The position numbers and the translations under genes are program-made. DNA of 64,000 nt from a virus, in IMG/VR virus record IMGVR_UViG_3300021197_001995, positions 95,042 to 159,041 of that record; one strand, written 5' to 3'. Below are positions 57,220 through 64,000 of the stretch, in pieces. How positions within the stretch are numbered: position 1 is the first letter of the stretch; each line of letters starts with the position of its first letter. The notes under the pieces are model-generated. The model was not told where the DNA came from and made no database searches. It saw nothing but the letters and a program-made list of their open reading frames with translations.

Positions 57220-57660
57220 CACCTACACCAGAGGAAAGGTAGGTAAAGGTAACCGTTACACCTACACATACCGACATGTATCCGGAATAAAATGATCTTT
57301 TTTTTCTTTTTTTTCACTTTTATTTAGCGTTAGAATGTTAACGGTGGTACACTTGGCTACGTTTACCTACATTCACCTACACTTACCTACACCATCCGAC
57401 ATGTAGGACAAGGTGCGAGAATGTAAGAAGAGTAAAAACAATAACCTAACAACGTAGGGAAAGGTAGGTAGATGTAGGATGTGGGATAGATACATACAGT
57501 GTAAGCAAAGGTAGGATAATAACATACAGTTAATTAATTAACTTGTAAACAAATGTAATCAAATGTAGGTGAAACACATACGTGTAGGTGGGGGTACCCC
57601 CTCCCCCCCGGTGTAGGCATAGGTAGCCGAATGTAAGTCCCATACCTACATGTAGGGTAA
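57220..57660. repeat. cluster of GTAGG/CCTAC repeats (right) with GGGGGTACCCCC palindrome
   Basis: CCTACATTCACCTACACTTACCTACACC, GGTAGGTAGATGTAGG, CCTACATGTAGG palindrome; GGGGGTACCCCC at 57590-57601 followed by a C tract. Confidence 0.75.
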
Positions 57661-57800
57661 TGTGGGCGGCCAGATACACGCAATACACCCAGGGAAATTT
57701 TGCCAGATTCGGAACTCACATACTAATTACTACCAGTGAGGGGTCGAGAATGTATAAAACACAAGATGCAACAAAAATGAAAAAGGAGAATAAACATCCC

Positions 57801-58238
57801 ATGAAAATTACCAGGAAAAATTTAGAGAGAATTGTAAAAGAAGAGATTGAGAGAACTATAAAAGAAATAGAATATATGGGTGACGTGGCGGCAGCGACTG
57901 GGTTCGCGCATCAAAAACAAGCGTTTGACCATGGCTCTGAGTCTGATCGTAAAGATGCTACGGCTTTAATTCGCGATATTGCGACTGCTCAAACGATGGG
58001 TGCAGCCATAGTGGCCATGTCCGGCTTGGTCGCCGGGCCTCTGTTGAATTCGGCCAGTTTGGGCGCCCAAAAAGCGGCCATTCAAACTATAGCGGGCGTT
58101 TACAAAAAAATCCCTGTGCGCGGGCAGAAGAAAATGTACGACCTCGCGTTCAAAGCGTTCAAGAATCCGAAAAACGGAGACTGGGCGAGGAGCCTCGCCC
58201 ATGCGCTAAATAAGATATCGAAAGGAGTACCAAAATGA
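57801..58238 (+). CDS. hypothetical protein with MKIT..LERI..EE leader (putative virion internal protein)
   Basis: MKITRKNLERIVKEEIE; AAGGAG RBS; CTAATTA at 57723. Confidence 0.65.
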   Translation: MKITRKNLERIVKEEIERTIKEIEYMGDVAAATGFAHQKQAFDHGSESDRKDATALIRDIATAQTMGAAIVAMSGLVAGPLLNSASLGAQKAAIQTIAGVYKKIPVRGQKKMYDLAFKAFKNPKNGDWARSLAHALNKISKGVPK

Positions 58239-58432
58239 AAATTACCAAAAAAATATTAGAAAGAATTATTAACGAGGAGCTTAAAAAATTAATCGAACAA
58301 GAGATTAATATGTCCGGAGGAGATATACCAGTCGGTGGTGAGGGAAACAAAGCAACCATTGAAGGGTTGGACGATAGCTTGCGATCAATACACGAAAAGT
58401 TAGATCGATTACTGGGAGCGATGAGTTCTTAA
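58235..58432 (+). CDS. hypothetical protein with MKIT..LERI..EE leader
   Basis: MKITKKILERIINEELKKLIE. Confidence 0.65.
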   Translation: MKITKKILERIINEELKKLIEQEINMSGGDIPVGGEGNKATIEGLDDSLRSIHEKLDRLLGAMSS

Positions 58433-58479
58433 CTTTAAAGCTAGTTGTACCTAGATAAACACTACCAGGAGAGATAACC

Positions 58480-58914
58480 ATGAAACTTCGCTTGTACATA
58501 CCAATCTTGGCTTCTATGATGGCTTTATCATGCGGATCATCGGGCCCAACCTCGGGAAACTCCAATACTGAGGTAGTTGTCACATATAACGGACAAGAAG
58601 AACTCAGAAAAAATTCGCGTTACATTAGTGAAAATCATTTGCGGTCGCTATTAGACCGAGGTAATGATACAATTGTAATTTTTGGCGCGGACTGGTGTGC
58701 TCCTTGTCGATTAACACGACGAGTTATTGAAGAAGCAAAGCTAAACGTTAAGGTGTATCATCTTGATCTTGACGAACCTTGGGTTACACAGCTTGCTGGC
58801 ATCATGGGAATAAAAACAATACCTGTTATGTTTCATACTGGAAAGGCAAAAGAAACTATTGCAATCAGAGTAGGGCCAGAAAGTATTGTTTCATATTTGG
58901 TTAGAACGTTTTAG
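58480..58914 (+). CDS. thioredoxin-like lipoprotein
   Basis: Lipobox MMALSC; FGADWCAPC; IKTIP. Confidence 0.85.
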   Translation: MKLRLYIPILASMMALSCGSSGPTSGNSNTEVVVTYNGQEELRKNSRYISENHLRSLLDRGNDTIVIFGADWCAPCRLTRRVIEEAKLNVKVYHLDLDEPWVTQLAGIMGIKTIPVMFHTGKAKETIAIRVGPESIVSYLVRTF

Positions 58915-59005
58915 CCTCCCGTTGCAAGCGCTAGTGCAAAAAAATACCGCAAAAAATCGCCGGAAACTGGGGTTCACCTATTTATTATAAGGGAGAATAC
59001 CTAAA

Positions 59006-59314
59006 ATGTTTAAAAAAATCTCGATTTGCGGCGCCTTGCTTGTTCTTTCCTGTGCCGCTGAAGAAAACCCAAGCTACCACGATGCTGACATGGGCCCGGA
59101 TGCATCCGATGTTGCTCAATTGCCGCCTGATGATGTGTGGGTCTGCTATAGTCCCGGTAGCCAGTTTCACGGAAAGCAATGTGATGAGAAACAAGAACCC
59201 GGACAATGCTTGACAAACGGTGATTCAAGTAAATTCTGTTGGAGGCTTGATCTCGAAGAGTGTGCTTCCGGCTCTGCAGACCTTCTTTATAACGAAATTT
59301 GCCAACATTTCTAG
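59006..59314 (+). CDS. Cys-rich lipoprotein
   Basis: LLVLSC lipobox; six further Cys. Confidence 0.6.
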   Translation: MFKKISICGALLVLSCAAEENPSYHDADMGPDASDVAQLPPDDVWVCYSPGSQFHGKQCDEKQEPGQCLTNGDSSKFCWRLDLEECASGSADLLYNEICQHF

Positions 59315-59428
59315 GTTGATTTTCAGAATCGCGAATGATTCGTTGCCCTTAAAAGCTTCAAACACTATTTACTATGTTGGCTTAACCACAAAAGCATTAT
59401 AATTTAACGAACCCAAGGAGAAAACGCC

Positions 59429-62299
59429 GTGATAACCACAAAAATCGAAAACAAAAACAAAAACAATTTTAAAATGATAATGGAAAACTTCAGGAATTGG
59501 TCTGACAAAACCCCACAAGAGGTGGCAGAGGAAGAAATAATCCAGCTTTCAAATAAATTTCTTTGTAAGAAGTTCGGATTCGGCAAAAACAGGGAACTCT
59601 TCGAACAGTGGGCGGTGCACTCAATAAACGATTATGGAAGACTTATACTCAACATCGAGGCTGTCGATTACATCAAAGACACTGAGCTGGCTGAAAAGAG
59701 CAGTTTTCATCGGCGATTTCTTGAGGTTTGTTGCTTGAGGAACGAAATTTTGCTGAATAACGTGCCAGATTCTGTCAATAGCTTGGCGGAAGGGTTGAAG
59801 CTTAAGTCTCCTTTGTTGCTTGAAGGTCCCGAGGCTTTCGCGAAACCGGTGGTATCGAAAATTGTGCAGGCCGTCGGCGGTGCAGTGGGCAAAGGCGCCC
59901 CGAAAGCGGCGTCGTCTACAGCAACGGCAACCTTTGGGCGCGCTGCAAGGGGCGCGATCGATGATATTACAGCTCATATCAACGCCAATGGCTATGACGA
60001 TGCAGTCATGGGGATTGTCAAACAAGCAAACCAAATTATTGTAAAAAACTCGGGGACTAGAAACCTTACCAAGGCAGAGCAGGCGATTGTCAAACAGGCT
60101 AATACCATTCTAAAAAACGCTGGCCGTAGTCATGACGTCAAATCCGCGGCGGGTACCTTACTCGGGCGCATCGGTAAAGAGGGTGCAACGAAATTAAACA
60201 AACTCAAAGATCTGCAGAGGTTGGCAGCGCCAGGGGCCAATAGAGCGACCAAGGCAGCTGCGAATGCAGCAGAGAAAACAGTGCGCGCATCCGCGAAAGC
60301 AGGCATTGGGATCCCCACTCAGGTGGCCAACGCACTAGGAGACATGACCGTAAAAAAGATGGTTCTTGATGCAGCGGTGCAAGTCTTAAGTAGAACCTCT
60401 GGCGCGGTGGTCAATGGGCTACTGACGAAGACGGGCCTCAAGGCCATGGCAAAGGCCTGGGGGAAATTAGATCTAACGGGCAAAGCCGGCGTGGCAGTTC
60501 TAGCTCAAGGCGCGATGACAGTACCTATCTATCTTGCTCTTCGCAAGGATAACACGAAGCTGCCTCCATTAGGACCTTCTCTAGGCGGCGCGGAAGGTTC
60601 TGGCCCTAAAGGTCCAGTATCCAACGATCAAGGCATGATCGCCCAAATTCAAACAAACGGTGGCGTTCCTGGCATGCCTTCGTTGGAAAATTATTTAGCG
60701 GCCGAGGGAGTTGATCTCGGAACACTTAGCGCAGAAACCTTTCCCCCTTACTTGGCCGCGTATTTAGAAGAAGCCGGAATTGATACTGCTAAGTTTCTCA
60801 GTGCCCTGAAAAGCGGTGATCAAGGACTCAATCAGATGATACAGAATATATTAGATACGATTCTTGGCGGGCGCGCTCCGAGCGCAGGACCTGCAGCATC
60901 ACCACAGGCTGGTGCGGCATCTGGCGCAGGACCTGCAGCATCACCACAGGCTGGTGCGGCATCTGGCGCAGGACCTGCAGCATCACCACAGGCTGGTGCG
61001 GCATCTGGCTCAGGATCTGCATCATCATCACAGGCTGGCGGAGCGAGAGGTCGCAGTTACTATCAGAGGAAAGCCAAAATCCAGAGAAGATTGATTAGCC
61101 AGCTAAACGCTAGCGGGAGGCTGATGCAAGAAGAAACCACAGAGGACTCAATTACATTGCGTAAAATTCAGAACGTCCTCAAAGGTCTAGGTTATAACTT
61201 AGGTACTTTTGGACCTAATAAAGATGGAGTTGACGGAAAGTATGGTCAAAGCACTCATGATGCGATTGTTAAGTTCCAAACAGACTACCCAGAAACAAGA
61301 CCAAAGGGTGAAAAACCTGACGGACTTATTGGTCCTAATACTTTTCCGGTTCTCTTTAGGAAAGGGTCCAAGGATGGGACTATATCCTCTAGAGCACAAA
61401 AAAAGAACGCGGCTGTTAAGGGAAGGAAAGTCGCCGACGCGGCTGAAGGCGCCTATACAAATAGAGAAAAAGCCACTTCGTCTTTTGTAAAGTCTATGCA
61501 GCAGTGGATTGAGCGCGCTGCGGAAGGAAATGGACTCATCCGAGGCCATAGAAATTTTATTGAGGCCAACAGAGATGTAATGAGCGGTATAGAGCTCAAA
61601 AATAGCGCTGGTTTTTGGACCGCGTACCTTACGGCGGATAAGAAGCGACTTAAAAAGATTATCGATCCCAACAAACATGAGCTTTTCAGCCGCGTTATGG
61701 GCAACTTCTCTCCAAAAAAGCTCAAGAAGAAATATCCACAACTAGAAAAGCTTTCCAATAAATTTTCCGCAGCGATGGCAAAGTACCAAGATGCTAGCGA
61801 TGCCCAAAGCGCCGCGTCAGAGCCAGCTAACATCGCAAGGCGCATGCGGGATCAGCAGGGTGCTGACTCAAAGGAACTTGAGAAAACAAGTAAAAATCCT
61901 CCTAGGATGGCCATCAAATTAGCCGATCTTAAAGGACTGATGATCTTTTTTATGGAGAAACAACAAATGATTCCTGGCAAAAAAGAGCGGGCCGGCCAGC
62001 CTGTTAAAATTGGCGAGGTCGGAAAGCACGCCAAAGGGACCCGTCGGGATCCAGACGCGGATCGCAAGGGGGCAAAAGAACTTTATCTTGGGGGATTTAT
62101 AAAAAAATATGGAATTCCTGGAAAGACTTTTGAGCCCCAAGCCCAAGGAAAAACATCTGAAAAAATGAAAAACATGTGCATCAAGATTCACAAGATCATA
62201 GTTAAAAAGTTAAAAATCACCGATGCAGACCTTAATAAGTTTGATGGCAACCGAAGCAACGAAAAGGCTATTGATGGCTATGGTGATGGTGAGAAATGA
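59429..62299 (+). CDS. large Ala/Gly/Lys-rich protein with peptidoglycan-binding domain
   Basis: IQNVLKGLGYNLG...DGKYGQSTHDAIVKFQ...DGLIGPNT (PG_binding_1-like); internal 14-aa repeats. Confidence 0.75.
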   Translation: MITTKIENKNKNNFKMIMENFRNWSDKTPQEVAEEEIIQLSNKFLCKKFGFGKNRELFEQWAVHSINDYGRLILNIEAVDYIKDTELAEKSSFHRRFLEVCCLRNEILLNNVPDSVNSLAEGLKLKSPLLLEGPEAFAKPVVSKIVQAVGGAVGKGAPKAASSTATATFGRAARGAIDDITAHINANGYDDAVMGIVKQANQIIVKNSGTRNLTKAEQAIVKQANTILKNAGRSHDVKSAAGTLLGRIGKEGATKLNKLKDLQRLAAPGANRATKAAANAAEKTVRASAKAGIGIPTQVANALGDMTVKKMVLDAAVQVLSRTSGAVVNGLLTKTGLKAMAKAWGKLDLTGKAGVAVLAQGAMTVPIYLALRKDNTKLPPLGPSLGGAEGSGPKGPVSNDQGMIAQIQTNGGVPGMPSLENYLAAEGVDLGTLSAETFPPYLAAYLEEAGIDTAKFLSALKSGDQGLNQMIQNILDTILGGRAPSAGPAASPQAGAASGAGPAASPQAGAASGAGPAASPQAGAASGSGSASSSQAGGARGRSYYQRKAKIQRRLISQLNASGRLMQEETTEDSITLRKIQNVLKGLGYNLGTFGPNKDGVDGKYGQSTHDAIVKFQTDYPETRPKGEKPDGLIGPNTFPVLFRKGSKDGTISSRAQKKNAAVKGRKVADAAEGAYTNREKATSSFVKSMQQWIERAAEGNGLIRGHRNFIEANRDVMSGIELKNSAGFWTAYLTADKKRLKKIIDPNKHELFSRVMGNFSPKKLKKKYPQLEKLSNKFSAAMAKYQDASDAQSAASEPANIARRMRDQQGADSKELEKTSKNPPRMAIKLADLKGLMIFFMEKQQMIPGKKERAGQPVKIGEVGKHAKGTRRDPDADRKGAKELYLGGFIKKYGIPGKTFEPQAQGKTSEKMKNMCIKIHKIIVKKLKITDADLNKFDGNRSNEKAIDGYGDGEK
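60882..61040 (+). repeat. 42-bp in-frame tandem repeat (GAGPAASPQAGAAS) x about 3.8
   Basis: Units start at 60882, 60924, 60966 and 61008 (last unit diverged). Confidence 0.95.
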
Positions 62300-62312
62300 G
62301 ATAATAAGTTAA

Positions 62313-62555
62313 ATGTGTATAATTTGTATAGAAATGGACAAAAATAAACTTACGCCATGGGAAGCCAAGAGAAATCTTGGCGAAATGGTGAATAAAATAG
62401 ACGAAGATCATGTCAGAGAAGTAGAGAATAAGATTTCAGACGCAATTTTTGATGAAATCAACCTCAACTACGGAGAAACTATACAACAAACTCTTGACTT
62501 TTGCGACTTTTGCGACTGTTACCCTTGTGGTTGCCACTGGAGAAGCTATGAATGA
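62313..62555 (+). CDS. hypothetical Cys-rich protein
   Basis: MCIIC...EAKRNL.EM...CDFCDCYPCGC. Confidence 0.6.
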   Translation: MCIICIEMDKNKLTPWEAKRNLGEMVNKIDEDHVREVENKISDAIFDEINLNYGETIQQTLDFCDFCDCYPCGCHWRSYE

Positions 62556-62815
62556 CCAAATTTGTTAAAAATTCTTTAATTTTTTGTCTTTTTTGTCTTT
62601 TTTTGCTTTCCGGAGCAGTGGCTAGCCCAAAATCGTCGAACACAAAGATGAAATTTTATGATTTTGACGATTTGCTAATAAATGGTCAGTATCGTAAGCC
62701 TCAAGTTCTTTATATTGACTCCAGAGAGAAGCTTAAATTCGAAAAACTCTTGAAATTAAAAAAAGATTTCCTTCCAAAATTAAAAAACACCCAAAAAGAC
62801 CCTTCTTTGCGTTAA
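62552..62815 (+). CDS. secreted protein resembling myxobacterial gliding motility protein CglF/GltF
   Basis: Signal peptide followed by 'YDFDD..I.G...KP...Y...R.K..F..L.KL..DF.P.L', which I recognise as the CglF/GltF pattern (from memory, not searched). Confidence 0.6.
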   Translation: MTKFVKNSLIFCLFCLFLLSGAVASPKSSNTKMKFYDFDDLLINGQYRKPQVLYIDSREKLKFEKLLKLKKDFLPKLKNTQKDPSLR

Positions 62816-62851
62816 AAAAACTAATTACTTTGGATCTAAGAGGAAAACGCA

Positions 62852-63778
62852 GTGAAAATTACCAAAAAAAATAAAAATGATGACAATTTGCTAGAAATAG
62901 CGCCCATCATCGTCGGCGCATACGCAGGATTGTCTTATCTTGCTGGTATTATTGCCTGGGAGGCTGCTTATTCAGTGTTCAACCCCATAGGCGACGGCAC
63001 CAGGACTGCGGCCATAAAAGAGCGCGCCAGAGGCTCCATGCTCGGGGCTTACAGTGAATTTAGAGACTGGTACCGAAAGAATTATCCTAATGGGCCAAGA
63101 CAACTTAAAAAACAAGGCCTTAAGTTGAGTCCCGCTATAAAATGGGTCCCTTCAACTTCCTGGATTGATAAATTGAGAAAAATACCTGGGACATATGAAC
63201 TTAAGGGTAGTGAAGACGAGAAATTTAGCTGGGTTTTTAGAACTGAGTGGATTGCGTATCAAAAAAACAGCAAAACAAAGATAGGTGACAATCACGTTAT
63301 GGGAGATTATTACCGGCAAGTCTCTGATCATGATTTTACACCAGGCGGGGACGATGAGAAGAGGGTCCTTGCGCAAACAGCAAGAGCAATGAGCAGATCT
63401 GCTGAAAAAGCCAGGAAATTTGAAGCAAGACTCCAAAAAGAAAACCCGGAGGCCTGGAGGGCTCTTCAGTTAAGTAAAAGTAAAATAAAAAAGCAAATGC
63501 AAGCTGCCGGCACGAAAGAAGCAGCAATAATGATAACAAACAAACTTAATCTAACTAAACCACACAAAAAAATTTCCAAAGCAATTAGTGCCGCGGCAAA
63601 AGAAGCGCAATCTATCTCAGCCCAAAAGGCATCACTTGCTTCAAAATCTGTCAAACCGGAAGAGCCGACCGGCGCGCCTCAGGGTGATGCTGAGCGCCTG
63701 GCGTCCTTATTCGAGTCGTATTATCAAGAAAATTCAGAAATTGTAAAAAAGATCGATGATCGTAAAATGACTCCTTAA
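62852..63778 (+). CDS. hypothetical protein (putative virion protein)
   Basis: MKITKK leader, LLE followed by a hydrophobic segment; CTAATTA at 62821. Confidence 0.6.
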   Translation: MKITKKNKNDDNLLEIAPIIVGAYAGLSYLAGIIAWEAAYSVFNPIGDGTRTAAIKERARGSMLGAYSEFRDWYRKNYPNGPRQLKKQGLKLSPAIKWVPSTSWIDKLRKIPGTYELKGSEDEKFSWVFRTEWIAYQKNSKTKIGDNHVMGDYYRQVSDHDFTPGGDDEKRVLAQTARAMSRSAEKARKFEARLQKENPEAWRALQLSKSKIKKQMQAAGTKEAAIMITNKLNLTKPHKKISKAISAAAKEAQSISAQKASLASKSVKPEEPTGAPQGDAERLASLFESYYQENSEIVKKIDDRKMTP

Positions 63779-64000
63779 GTTTTCTATAGTTTAATAGTAA
63801 CATAGTATACAGAGTTAGTCAACAGTAAAGTTGGTGAAATTAGTGTTTATTAACTTTAAACAATAATTATTTAGTACCCATCCCTTGCCGGGGCCCAACA
63901 ATAATAAAAGCATTTACGTTGAACAAAGATTTTTTGAAAAACCAAGCAAAGCTTATTTAAAAAGAATTTTCTAATCAGTACACCAAGGTTTTCAACTTCA

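Overview
64 kb segment of a large (jumbo-type) lytic dsDNA bacteriophage genome, almost all coded on the + strand with the standard genetic code. 1-34 kb is a replication, nucleotide-metabolism and chaperone block: minimal family A polymerase, tubulin/FtsZ-like protein, gp32-like SSB, RecA/UvsX, 5'-3' exonuclease, DnaB-like helicase, class II RNR, GroES, ThyX, DnaE, dUTPase, GuaB-family enzyme, ClpP, GroEL, glutaredoxin, UvsE and thymidine kinase. 34-55 kb is a dense early/accessory region with about 20 near-consensus sigma70 promoters, a MoxR-VWA pair, a restriction-modification-like pair, four tRNAs and two candidate structured RNAs. 55.4-57.7 kb is a GTAGG-repeat-rich, largely non-coding region (candidate genome end or origin) containing the only minus-strand operon. 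Putative late/virion genes follow. The most striking feature is an array (about 34.9-39.1 kb, with a satellite at 47.2-49.1 kb) of about 25 hypervariable 50-70 aa SH3/KOW-like genes joined by a conserved DNA junction, TGGAGGTnATCA(A/G)TGAAAGTCGGTGA(T/C)TT(G/A)GTG. This junction encodes the C-terminus and stop of one gene and the RBS, start and N-terminus of the next, so every unit is a frame-preserving, interchangeable cassette. A CglF/GltF-like protein and a Cys-rich vWA lipoprotein suggest a Myxococcota/Bdellovibrionota-type host and possible manipulation of gliding or adhesion. All family assignments come from motif recognition by eye; no searches were run.
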